DNA of 64,000 bases, taken from Lama guanicoe (Eukaryota). The stretch spans positions 868,001-932,000 of the forward strand of contig MU055549.1 of the NCBI GenBank assembly GCA_013239625.1. Direction: 5' to 3'. The notes beneath the pieces were generated by a model, which saw only the letters and a list, made by a program, of their open reading frames with translations, was not told the DNA's origin and did no database searches. A program made the translations under genes and the position numbers. Below, piece by piece: positions 1 through 12,400 of the stretch (positions are counted from its first letter, which is position 1; each line of letters opens with the position of its first letter).

Positions 1-84
1 ACGCTCCACTGTCACACTCCCCTCTCTGGCTCACCTGCTGGGCCTTCCAGAGCCAGGCTGAACAACCACAGGCACATCAAAAAT

Positions 85-650
85 CTGTCTTATCCTGACT
101 CTAGTGGAAACTTTCGATTTCCATGTTTTAAAATCACATTCAGGAAATATCTACCTGTCTCAGTTTTATTAAGAGTAATCACTTTTTAAACAAGAGGTGC
201 TGAATTTTATCAAATATGTCTTTAGCATCAATAAGATGACCACGGAAGGATTCTTCCTACTGGTAAGTCACCAGCTCCCACCCGCAGCAGCGCCCGCCCG
301 GGCTCTGGCCCTCGCTCCTGGCACCTGGGTCCCCGCGGGCTGCCTCGCCACCGGCAGGAGAACGACCGGCCTGCGGCTGCCTGCGTGGCGCCGCCTCCGG
401 CCCGGGCCTCTCCTGAGCTGGGACCGTTCAAGCAGGACTGACTCTCGAGACGCACGTGGGGCCCTGGCTTTGACGAGCTGGCCGATCCTGGTTCCCTCGA
501 AGAACTGGCCAGCGCAGCTTTTCTCTCTCCGCTAGGGTCAGTGTGCTCACGTATTGTTTTGCTGGAAAACTATCCCTTTTGTTAATTTTTTCCAAAATTA
601 TTTGAACATATTTGAACAAATTAATGTCTTAAAACTGCTTTAATTTTGAT
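85..650 (-). mobile_element. Highly diverged L1 (L1M-type) ORF2 fragments
   Basis: ttatcctgactctagtggaaa...gctgaattttatcaaatatgtctttagcatcaataagatgac resembles antisense L1 ORF2; a second piece lies at ~535-650. Confidence 0.55.
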
Positions 651-3600
651 AGGTTTCCTTGGAGAACCAAGGAGAACACAGGTGGCCAGGTGACAGTCAC
701 ACCACAAGGCTGCTCCCAGCGAACAGCAGGGCACAGCCAGGCCGACGGAGGCCCCAGTGTCCGTCCCCCACCTCAGCTCAGTGGCCTCCTTGTCGGCTAC
801 CGCTCCAGGTGGCGGAACGGAGACAAGGGGTCTTCTTTCCTAAGACCCCCAAAGAGGTCACCTCTGTGATATGAGCACAAATCCAGAGGCTCTCAAGTAG
901 GAGGAAACGGTCGCACGTGCGTGTGGGGGGAGAAGGCTTCGCTTAAGGTCCAAGCCAGGAAGGATGCTCCAGCCCCGCCTCTCCCACGTCTAACACACAA
1001 GTCCAGGGCCCGGGGGCTGTGCTCAGACTGACGGTAGACCCCACACCCCTTCACATCGTCTGCACCAGCAGGTGGGCCCCCATGGGCTGCAGGCTGAGGA
1101 TGAAGAGGCGAAAACAGCGTTAGAGAAGTCTGGCTTATTCCTCAGGGTGTTTAGATTTGGAATCAAAATGAGTCCGTCAAATACGCACACTAAGAACAGC
1201 TCCATGAACTATGTCGTGACATTTCAAACTCTGCTCAGCACCGAAGCTGTGAGGCAATGCCCATTGTGCAGAGGAGGGCCGCCCGGCTCCGGGGCAGGGC
1301 CGTCTGCTCTGGGGGCTCGTGCAGGCTCACCCCAGGGGCCTCTCCCAGCACAGCTCAGCCGGGGGTGCGGCCCCCCAGGCGGTACGGGGTCAGGCACACA
1401 GCTGGTACTCAGCAGACACTCAGCAGACATACACTGCAGGAATAAACCCTAAATGTCGCATCTCAGAGGCCAGAACCCTCAAGCCACGGGGAAGGTCACA
1501 GCACCGCCAGGAGCTCTGGATGGGGCCGCGCTGGGTGCCCAGAGCTCACACTGCACGTGCCTGAACCTGACCCCACTGCTGAGTTTTAACCATGGATTTT
1601 CCACTTAAACAACACTCTTGATACATCCATTCTATTCCAAAAAACTCCAGAGCTTCTGGAACCGACTCCCAATTACACAAGTGCAGAAGGACTGACAGAT
1701 GGGAGGGGCCCTGGGCCGGGCTGGGAGGCGCTGGCAGGACAGCAGGGATGACCCCGCCCTCCCGTGTCACACGCCCACAGAAGTAGGGCTACAGCCGCCC
1801 GGACACATTCAAGATGCTGTCACAATACACCGGGACGATCCGGGCTGAGGAAGAAGCCCCAGGGCTTGGTGAGGTCAGAGACCCCCCAGGACAAACTACC
1901 AGGAGCCTCTCTGCCTCTCCAACCACACCCAGGGGACAACGACCCGCAGGAGGAAGTCACAGAGGGAGACAGGAGAGGAAGCTGCGGAGGCCAGAAAGCG
2001 AGAGCCAGGACCCCAGAGCTGTGCCTGGCCCACCTGCCAGCCCTCTGGGGAGTGGGGGGGGGGTCTGTGAGCCTGTCCTGGAGTCCTGACTGATGCCTGA
2101 GGTCAGCGGGGAGTGGGATGGAGCCCACCTCCCAGTGGACGTGTCTCTTCCACACCTAGCCTGAAACGCAGTCATCAAGACAGTCACCAGAACCCCGACC
2201 GGTTAGGCCCGACCAATAGCCACAATGAAACCAGTAAAGCCAATCACCTGTGCTGGGAGAGTCTGGGTTGTTGCCCCCTCTTTCCTCTCCTCTTCCTGGT
2301 GTGATCTTTCTGGGGACACACACTCATGCTTCATTTTTCAGGAGCAGTCCTGAGAAAAGACGTCTTTTTGATGTTAAGTTACTCAGCACAGCAACCCATA
2401 ATTATGGCCTTTTCAGAAACGCTGCTCCTCCCACCTTGTGTGCACAGTGTACACAGTGAACACAAATACTGCCCTTTCTGTAAAACTCATGAACATGAAT
2501 GTGCTCCTATTCAATCTCCTTGGCTTGCACATAAAGCCAGTGTCCACATCTGAGACACCTGACCAGCCCTGCAAAGAGGGCGCTGCTCCCGCAGGTGGAG
2601 TCCGACTTCCCGCCACGCAGGACGTCCCAGCCCCGCCCCCACCGCGCAGAACCCACAGGCTGTGCAGGGCACCAGTGGGGCAATGAGGGGACCCCCTGGT
2701 CTAGGTGGGGTCCCTTGGCCGGCTCCCAGGGAACCCACAGACTTCCCAGCCCAGACTGAACAAAATGTCAAGTTGCCTTCCAGTCCTGCCCAAGCTCCCC
2801 AAATCAGACTATACCCTCTGTTAGCCTTCTGCTCTTATACGCCAAAGCAGGGGTCCTGTGAACGTTTCAGGCAGAAAACGCACATAGAGATCACAGGGAC
2901 CAAGGCCCTGTGTCATTGGCACCCACTCCCCCACCTGGTGGCCTGGGTCCTAGAAGCACTACCTTCCTGTCCCATCTCCGAGCTACAAAAATTTCAGCAA
3001 ATACCATTTTAAAAAAATCTCTAGGAACACACAAACACTGCGCTCAATCGCAGACTGTGCCAGACAAGCCGGGCGGCAGAGGAGACAGGTGGGCAGCTCC
3101 GTGCTCGGGGGCTGCAGCCCCAACAGGCCCACCCCAAGAGGCGGGGGACACAGCCCTGTGCTCGCCATTCTCCCCACAACCTGCTCCCACGGTCACCAGC
3201 TCAGGTGCTGGCACGGGTGCCTCAGTCAAACAGGAGCCACTAAAATGAGCTTTCACGCTGATTCGTCCTTTTACATTTTAGACTAAAACGTCTGTTTTCA
3301 GGCTGCTAATGGCAAGCTGTTGGAAGAGAATATTTTAAGTGAAAGTGCTGTCATTCACAGCAACCAAAATTTAAAACCAGGGTGCACCGAAGACCCACAG
3401 CTGGGAATGCCTGGTGGGGACAGGTGCCCCCCCACCTTCATGGGAAGGTCAGTTTCACTGGTTGAAAGCAGACCCTGGCGTGGCCATTCACACACGTGCT
3501 TATCTAGAGGACAAATGATTATGTTACCTGCACACACTCAGGGAACCGCGGCCATTTAACGAGTGTCGCTGGCCAGGCAAACCATGGCAGCCCCAGCACT

Positions 3601-4929
3601 GCGCCTCACAGCGCAGGACCCAGGTGGCCAACCTCCTGCCACTGTGAGGTCCCACGGCCCCCTGCCCGCACAGCCAAGCTGAATACCAGCGACAGGAGGC
3701 GGCCGTGGCCGGTGCCCACGTTGGCAAGGGCAGGGGCGCAGAGCGGCCGACTGTCAGAAGCCGTCAGCGGGCCCTGTGGCGGCGAGGGCCCCGAGGCGGG
3801 GAGGGACGCGGCCCCTCCTTCCCTGGGTCCCCGAACCTGACTCTCGGCCCTACTGAGGAGCCACCCGTTTTCTCAAACCTTCCCTTTCTGGGACTAGCTT
3901 CAGACTAGCCAGAGGAGCTCTGTGCCCTGTAAGCAGAGCCCAGGCTGACAGCAGGTAAGATCCAGCTCCCCCCGGGCAGGGCCCAGACCCCGGGGAAGTG
4001 AGGGCGCTGGGGCGCTCCCCAGAGTGGGCAGGAGGGGGACCCAAGTCACAGCCACATGCCACCTGTGGCTACCACAAGCGGCTCAGACGGGCGGTCACCT
4101 CAGCCTGCCACGGAGACCCCCCTCCGCTCAGGAACAAGTGAGGATGGCTTGGTGTCAACCAGAAACAGGGCAGGGCGGGGCGGGAGGAGAGAATGAAACT
4201 CTCTCTGCAGGAGCCACGGCGGCAGCATGACTGTCAAGACAGGCTCCTGTGTTTAAGATTTAACCCTAAACACGGCTGATACAGAAACATAAAAACAACA
4301 GAGAAAAGCCTGTGAAACCAAGAGCTGGCCCTCTAGAAAAAATCAACAATATTGACAAATCTTTAGCTAAACTGACAAAAAACCCCAAAAGACTCAAATC
4401 ACTAAAATCAGGAACAAACGAGAATAATTCTACCAACCTTACAGAAGTAAAAGAGGTTCACAAGGGAACACGTGAACAAGGGTCTGCCAACAAGCGGGTA
4501 ACCTACTGAGATGACAGACTCCTAGAAAGACACAACCACCAAAACCAACTCAGAAGAAGCAGGAAGTCTGGACAGACCTGCAATGAGCAAACAGCCTCTG
4601 AACAAGTCACACAAAAGCAGCGCGAGACTCGCACTGACCGCTGTAATCACTGAGAGAAATTAAAGAGACGGAGAGACACCCTGTGCCCGTGGACGACAAG
4701 ACACGTATTAAGACGGCAAAACTCCCCAGAACAATCTACAAACTCAGCACGACCCCCGTCAGGACTCCAGCTGGCTCTCCTGTGGACAGTGACACGGTAA
4801 CCCTAGAATTCACGTGGAAGCTAGTCCCCAGAACAGCCAAGACAATCCCGAGAAAGGACGACAATGTTACAGGGCTCACACTTGCCACTTCAAACCTTCC
4901 TGCAAAGCTACAGTCATCAAGGCAGTGTG

Positions 4930-5030
4930 AGGCGGGAGGTGCAGCTCAGCACGCATGAGGTCCTGGCTCCAACCCCCAGCACCTCCATTAAAATAAACAA
5001 GGAAACCTACTTCCCTCCCCCCCCCAAAAA
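4930..5030 (+). mobile_element. Vic-1-like tRNA-derived SINE (internally deleted) with 11-bp target-site duplication
   Basis: gggaggtgcagctcag...gaggtcctggctccaacccccagcacctccattaaaataa...ccccaaaaaaa, flanked by AAGGCAGTGTG at 4919-4929 and 5031-5041. Confidence 0.8.
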
Positions 5031-6237
5031 AAGGCAGTGTGGTACTGGCACAAGGACAGTCGTACAGATGGAAAAAAGACAGCACTGAGAGTCCGGGGGA
5101 AATCTGTACGTTTACGGTCGACTAGTCATGAACAAGGATGCCGAGGCCCTGCAGTGAGGAGGGCACCCTCCCAGCAAGCAGAGCTGGGGCAGCCAGATGG
5201 TCACATGCAAAAGAACAAGGCAGCACCCCTACCTCACACCATACATAAAGATAAGCTCAACATGGATCCAGGACCTAAATGTAGGAGCTAAAGCTATAAG
5301 CCTGAGAAGGAAAGTTAGGGGTAAATCTTTGTGACCTTGGATAGGCAATAGTTTCTTAGATGTGACATCTGAAACACAAGCAACTAAAGAAAAAACAGGT
5401 AAACTGGACTTCATCAAAATTTCAAATGTGTAAAGACAAGAATATGAAAAGACAGCGCAAAGAACGGGAGAAAGTATTTGCAAATCTTGTATCTGATAAG
5501 AATCCAGTATCCAGAACGTATAAAGAAAAATTCAACAATTTTTAAAAAATTTTTAAATGGGCAAAAGTTTAAACAAACATGTTTCCAAAGTAGATACAAA
5601 AATACCCAGTAAGCACGTGGAAAAACACTCAAAATCATCAAAACCACGTCACACCCACTAGGACAGCTAGAATCAAAAACACGAATAACAACAAGTGTTG
5701 TTTCTGGATCTGGAAAAACTGGAACCCTCGCCCACTGGTGGGAGTTCACAACAGCGCAGATGCTTCGGAAAACAGTCTGGCGGTTCCTCGAAGAGCTTCA
5801 CACAGAGTCATCATATGACTCAGCAATTCCACTCCTAGGTACATGCCCAAGGGAATTTAAAATATGTTCACAAACCTTGTACACAAATGTTTCTAGCAGC
5901 ACTATTCACAAGAGCCGAAGTCCACCACCTGAAGAGAGGACACACAGAACGTGGTCTATGCACACAAAGAAACAGCCTTCAGTCATGAGGGGAACCAGGC
6001 TGACACATGGAGGGGTCCTGAACATGCTGAGAAGAAGCTGGACCCATGATGTTTGACTGTTTATACGAAATGTCCAGAATCGGCGCACTCACAGACACAA
6101 AGCAGGTTTGTCGTTGCCAGGGTTTGGAGGTAGAAAACAATGTGGAGTGACTAACAGGTACTGGGTTTCTTTTAGGGGTGATGAAAATATTCTGAGGTTA
6201 GACAGTGGTAATGATTTCACAACTCTGTGAATATCCG

Positions 6238-6316
6238 TTTTTTTTTTAATGGGGCTTGAACCTAGGACACCGTACATGCTAAGCACACATCCTGCCACTT
6301 GACTACACCCTCCCAC
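6238..6316 (-). mobile_element. Vic-1-like tRNA-derived SINE
   Basis: Poly-T then ggggcttgaacctaggacaccgtacatgctaagcac...ctacaccctccc (B box GGTTCAAGCC on minus); degenerate TSD tgaatat/tgaatgt. Confidence 0.8.
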
Positions 6317-9300
6317 CATGAATGTACCAAAACACTGAGCTGTGCACACACACAGAGTGAATCTTACAGTATCAACTTTTGAATAATAATAACCACCACC
6401 AATGCAGCCAATACCGACTTCTAAGTGGAATGACTGACTCTTGGGCACTGAGTGCTGCGGTCAGCGGGGCCCAGGCCAGATGGGACCCAGTACAAAGGCC
6501 AGACACACCTCCCACACGCGGTGAGAGATTTCCTCTGAAGCAGGCTGAGCTCTGCCTGGGCAGCACCTCATCGGGTCATAATTATGGACAGAGAGAGGGA
6601 GAGCGGCCAGCTTAGGGGCCCGAGGAGGAGGGGGCTTGTGGTGGTGCCCAGGCATGACCTCTCAGGGCTGGGAGGCTCCTGGAGGAGGCTGTGCTCAAAG
6701 CTGGCGGGTGTCGCAAGAGAAGCCTCACTTTGGGGATATTGGGAGGGCTGGTTCCCATGTGTCCTCAAGCTCTGGCGTCCCCTGGAATTGGGGCAGGTGC
6801 AAGCAGAGCTCAGGCCCAGGGCCCCAGCAGGAGCCCAGGTCGGCCCAGCAGGGGCACCAGCAGGGGCACCGAGCTGCCAGGAAGCTCCACCTGGCCCCAC
6901 CCTGCCTCCAAACTGTCCAGAAGCATGAGTCCAGGCCATGCGGACTGCGACGAAGCGAGTGACAGTGCCCCGTTCGCGCTGCACCCACCTGTGACTCTGC
7001 TCTCGGCTCTAGCAGAGCACAGAGAACATTTGGACGCTGGAGCTGCAGGCGCCCTGTCCGTGCCCCGCTGGAGACGCCACGGGAAGGACCTCGTGCGGCC
7101 CACCCCCATGGCGCTCCTCACCCTCCAAACGCCGCCCACCGGGGACTCAGGTCTCCAGGGCAGCGCAGCTGACAGGGACGTCTACCTGCGGAGGCAGAGA
7201 CACCAACGCGAGGGCCGCGGTGCGCCGGGGGTCTGGGCGGGAGGCCGCCAAATCGGCGCTCCGCTCCCTGCAGCAGGGTGGGCCAGCCGGCGCGGCGTGC
7301 ACACGCGCAGCCTCCGAGTTCCCGGCCCGCCCTGCAGAAACTCACTGTCTGGAACCAGGCTGCTTTTTCCATAAACTGCAGTCTCCGTTGGCACTCGCTC
7401 TGGGACCCACCGCGGGTGAGGGCCTGCTTACTCTCAGCAGTAACGGGGACTGAGGCGCGCCAGGTGCAGGGGAAGTGGGGACCACAGCCCTCCAAAGCAG
7501 GAGGGGACACAGGCCCCTGCCGACGGCTCGCCCCGGGCACCTCTGCCTTCCCGCGCACACAAGCCAGCCGAGGGCGACTAGGAGGGGAGGGGCAGCAGCC
7601 CCCACACCTCTGCCAGAGACCCAGAGTGGAAAGCCCACCTGAGGCTGTGACCTGCACACCGCCATGCACGTCACAAACCGGGGGCCCGCAGCCGCCACCG
7701 GCCAGACTCGCTCTCGCTCAGCTTTTAACTGAAATGTGGTCTGACCTCACGACCCACCACAGCCCATCACAGCTGACCGACAGCCGGTCTGCGGGCCCTG
7801 GGGTGGCCCTCCCTGCTCCAGTCACATCCACTCAGAGGGAGGCAAGTCAGCCGGCGAGGCACAGCCGCCCAGGCCTCCGCTCTGGGCGTGGGGGCAGCCA
7901 CAGCGGAGACACAAAAGCGATGCCCCTGGATCCAGAAAGGAGGGACATCGGGACGGCCACGCGCTTTTGGGTGGAAGACTGATCAATCTCTGGTCACGGT
8001 GCATGGGAGAAAACACACAAGAAAGTTGCAAAATTTGGTGAACACATGAGATACAAGAAAATCCCGGCAAGGGTTCTGTGTAAACAGACCTCTCTGGGCT
8101 TCTGTGTAAATGCAGCCCTGAGGGGATAAATGACCCCAAGTAGCGCAGTGTCAGGGACCGAAAAGGAGTCGCTACGCCACAAACCCTGCAATCACCCTAT
8201 CAAAATACCTCTTCCAGTAACTTAAACACAACATCGCCAGGGGCTACACAATTCTAAACCAGAGATCCTAGAAAACCCAGGCAACGCCTCAAAGACGGTA
8301 CTACAAGTAAGCAGGGAATCGTAACTCACAACACATGCCACGTCACACCCATCTGGCCACATTTCAAAGTCTGACAAAAGTAAACTTCAGTGAGATGTGT
8401 AACATCAGGTCCCCCCACTGGCAGGAGTGACCGTAAGGGCATGCGTGTGATGTGCGAGGATGTGGGTGGGGGATGTGCCAGGCATGCGGGACCACGGCTT
8501 AGACCAGCCCCGGGGAGCTGGGCCCGTGCCAGGCACCAGGGGTCCCGCGCAGGAGCCTGGAAGGTGAGCAGAGAGGCCCCGGCTCCGCGCAGTGGCAGCA
8601 AGGGGTGGGTGGGGCGCTCACTGTCCACGGGTGTCCCGCGAAGACACTCTGGCATGTTTGGGGTAGTGACTCCCACAGCAGCGAAAACGCCAGCAAGCCC
8701 GGAGACGCAGGCCACGCAGGACAGGAGTGGCGGGGCTGCTCCTCGAGGGGACCCGCGTGCTCAGTGACTGCAGCACAGGGCTCGGTCCGCCTGCCGCGAC
8801 GAGGCCAGGCCGGCCTGGGGCGCCTCCGCCCAGCTCTGCGCTCCCGACGCAGGGACGCTGGGACAGGGGTCTGGGCACAGAGCGCGTCTCCCCGTTCCAG
8901 AGGGAAGAGACCGAGCACGTGTGCCCAGTTTGGGCAGCCGCACCGAACGCCAGGGCTCACGCAGACCCCGAGGCGGCTCCCCCTGGTAGGTAAGGGGTGC
9001 TGTTCTCTTACAAGATATTAGAACTTTGTTCATCGTCCGCAGTACAGATTCACAGGGCAACAGCTGCCACAACGCGCTGACACCACCCCACGGCCTGAAA
9101 CCATTCTAATGGGAAAACAGGGCTGAGCAGCACACAGGTGGGTGCTTCCAGGTTGTCAGCCTGGTCCTCCGGAGCCGCCCCACGACGGACCCCTCTCAAG
9201 GGCCACCCCTGCAAGGGCCCCATAGCTCCGGCTGCATTTCCCCGAGTGGCTTAGAGCTCCTCACCCTCCAGGCTGGGCCTGGCCCTCAGTTCCCTCTTCT

Positions 9301-9432
9301 TCCCCTTCCGGACTGACTCACTTATCAGTAGTTAACTACAGGCAGGCCACAGGCAGCTCCACCGGCCCGTGTGCCTGGAGGAGGGGCTGCCCGCCCACAG
9401 GCAAGGCCCGAGCCCGGGGAGACCAAGCAGAA

Positions 9433-9475
9433 GCACCTCCCGCCTCTGCGCACCTCCCGCCTCTGCGCACCTCCC
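9433..9475. repeat. 17-bp tandem repeat GCACCTCCCGCCTCTGC, ~2.5 copies
   Basis: Perfect copies at 9433-9449 and 9450-9466, partial third copy. Confidence 0.9.
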
Positions 9476-12400
9476 CCTGGCTGCAGAAGCAGGCTCCTTA
9501 GCAGCGCTCCCCGGAGCCCTCGAGGAACAGGGCTCCAGCAAGGTCAGATGCACACAGCCTCCGGGCCTGCAGCACCTGGCTTCCGCAGCTCCCCGCCCAC
9601 GCCGGCCAGCCAGGCCACGCCAGCCACACCACTCACCACCCACGCCGGCCACGTGGCTTCCCAAGCAACCTGGCTCCCCATTTCCTGCCACTGTGCTTCT
9701 GCCCGACAGTGGCACTAGTGGGCACCCCTTCCTTAGTCCTCTGGTCGCCTCCCAGGCTCCGAAGACTTCAAGGCTTGTCCCCTGCCGCTCACCCCAGGAG
9801 GCCCTCCGTGGTCTCTGCTCAGGGCATCTCTGGGCGTCCTAAGACACTCTCAAGTCACCACTCAGATCCATGTTCACCTCCTGCTTATGCTCAGCAGCCA
9901 GGGCAGCTCTGGGTGCCTCAGAGGGGTGACGCCCTGATGACACATGGGCCCCTCAGGCTACGTCCAGTCGCACTGCAGCTCTGGCCTGCTGGCTCCTGGG
10001 GATGCCCCAGCCCTGCGACTCGTAACCCCCCAACCCCATGCCCTTCTTGAAACGCTCCTCCCCAGACTCCCAAAACACCGCTCCCAGGGCCCCCTTGTCG
10101 TCCTCACCTCTCTGAGCCTCAATCTGAGGACACTCGCTTCTCTGCCCCATGACCTCACCTGCTCTCCAGGCCTTGTCTTCCCTTTCCGTCAGAGACTTCT
10201 CCAGCCTGGCCAGCTCCCTAAGCTGCACACTCAAGGCCCGCTGCCCGCAGACCCTCCTGCCTTAGTCGAGGACTGATGCGGAGATGCGGGAAATGTAGGG
10301 GCCGGGGAGCAGCACACAGGGGCTGCAGGGAGGCTGCTCTCAGCACTCGGCCAGGTGCCCAGGGCAGAGAAGGCCCACTGAGCTGGGCCTGGCGGCATGC
10401 GGGCAGGCGTGCCGGCACGGTGAGGCCCCGGGGTGCTGCCTGCGAAGGCTTCCAGGGGGGAAGAGGGCCATCTCCAAAGAGGCCACCCAGGGAGAGCCCA
10501 AGGCCGCTGGGACTGCGCTGTTAACAGTCCTTAAAAGTAAGCCTCCTGGTCCCCGCGTCACCCAGGCACCTGCAAGCCCCACCAAGGTAGAACCCGGGCC
10601 ACACAGCAGAACAACCTGAAACCTGGAAGCCAGGAACGGGGGGCCCACCAAGCTGGCCCGTGTGCAGCCAGCCCTCCTGCCCCAGCTCCCCTCTACCAGC
10701 ACCCAGTGTCCCCGAGCTACACAGGTAAGGATGGAGTCCTGGGGCGGGGGGTGCAGCAATGCAGGTGAGACAGTCCCCGAATCGGCCACTGGCATCAGTG
10801 CTCGTGTCTCCTGCGTGTCAGTGACCCCCACTCACCCACCTTCCGTCAGCAGCACTAATGACCATGGCCCTCCTCCCACACGCGCAGCCCAGCCCACCGC
10901 CTCCCCCGGGGCTGCGCGCACAGCACGCCCGGTGGGATGCCGCCCCAAGGGGGATGCCCGCACTACAGCAAAAACAGGAAGTTGCAACAGATCTGAAAAA
11001 CCGTAACAGTGATGAAGGAGAAAATAAAAGCAAAACACACGTCCCCACAAATTTGTTTGTTACTTGGACAGATGTCACTCTTAACAGAACAAATCCAACT
11101 GAACAGATCACCCTGAACTACAACTCAGCGAACACAAAGCGAGCTCTGCCCCGGGCTGCGGGCAAGAGCCAGCGCCGCCAGCGCCCCAGTCAAGCCCTGG
11201 GACACAGAGCAGGCGGAGGGCCTCAGAGCAGCCGGGGCGCCTCTGCGCAAACGACAGGTGAGTCCGTCCCTCCCTAACCCTTCGGGGCTGCCTCTCAGTG
11301 AAACGGCTGCCAAGGACTCTGCAGAGGGAGGCCTCCCGAGGGTTTTAAAAGCACTGACACTCGACCCAGGTCTCTGGTTCCCCAACATGGGCTCCCGTGT
11401 AGCCAGAGCTCCTCCCACCCCAACTCCCCACCCACCATCTTACAGAGCTGGCAGTGTCCACTAACAGCTGCCCAAAACCCTGTGTAGGCAACACAGGCTG
11501 CTCGGAGCTGGGCTCGTGCTGGGGTGGGGGCAGCTGTCCCAACTCGTCCTCAGGACCCTAAGACTGATAAGCGGCGTAGCCAACGAGGCCACCAGCCCCC
11601 CAGTGCAGCCTCTGCCAGGTGGCCACAGGGCTCTGAGCGCACAGCCCACCCCAACCCAAGGACAGCCAGGCCCGAGCAGGGAGGCTCGTGCACCCAAAAG
11701 CCAACTAGGAAGAGATGGCCACCAGGTCTGGCACCATCGGCCCCACAACGCCATGCCGAGTCTGACACAGGCGGCAGGAGGCCTGGCCAGGCCAGGGGCA
11801 GGCCTCTAGGAGCCTGAAGACTTGTCACCTCCATGGTCACAAGAGGCAAAACGTTTTCCCTAAACAGAAAAATGGGCCCTGAGTCGGCTCTCCTTCATGT
11901 TCCTCCAGCATGAAGTGTCTGGAAATACCACGTCTGACACCTGCGGAGGCACTGTGCTCTCCAGACCTCGAACCCAGACCAGGACGGCCACGTGCCCATC
12001 AGGAAGGCGACACACCTGCCAGCCCCACAGGGCTGACCTCCTGTCCTGCAGGCCGGCTCCCCACAGCTTCAGGGCCAGAGCTGCCCACTCCCAGAACCCC
12101 CGCCTGGGAGGCGTCTGCAGCCCAGGTGGGTGCACCGTGGAGCAGCCCGGCAGGCAAGGCCCTGGCAGACCTGCTGGCGACGGTCCAAGACGGCGACAGT
12201 CCAAGACAGCACCGGGCGTGACAGCTGCGCGGACCCCAGGGAGAGAGGCAAAGGGGCGGGAGCAGAGGACAGTCCCCCAGAGGGACCATCACACCTCAGA
12301 GACTGGGAGAAAAGAACCCCCCTGGGAGAGGAGCTCTATGCCCCTAACCCGTGGCAGTGTCCACGTCCAGGCCAGCGGGAGGAGAGGCGGACAGTCCTTC

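Larger units (their letters stand above)
4270..6390 (+). mobile_element. Old L1 (L1MB/MC-like): ORF2 remnants plus 3'UTR, interrupted by two SINEs
   Basis: Remnant peptides EKINNIDKSLAKL and LPRTIYKLSTTPVR; hallmark motifs cagcaattccactcctaggta and ggggtgatgaaaatattct...aactctgtgaatat; many stops and frameshifts. Confidence 0.9.

Noticed and set aside
4312-6056. ORFs with L1 ORF2-like peptides
   Set aside because: Fragments of a decayed L1 with stops, frameshifts and SINE insertions; not a functional gene.
6238-6316. tRNA gene (B-box-like motif; also at 42436)
   Set aside because: No complete cloverleaf, and an A-tail and TSD are present, so these are tRNA-derived SINEs.
6691-7982. Overlapping 227-aa and 234-aa ORFs in intron 1
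   Set aside because: Low-complexity GC-driven frames on both strands with no homology I can recognise.
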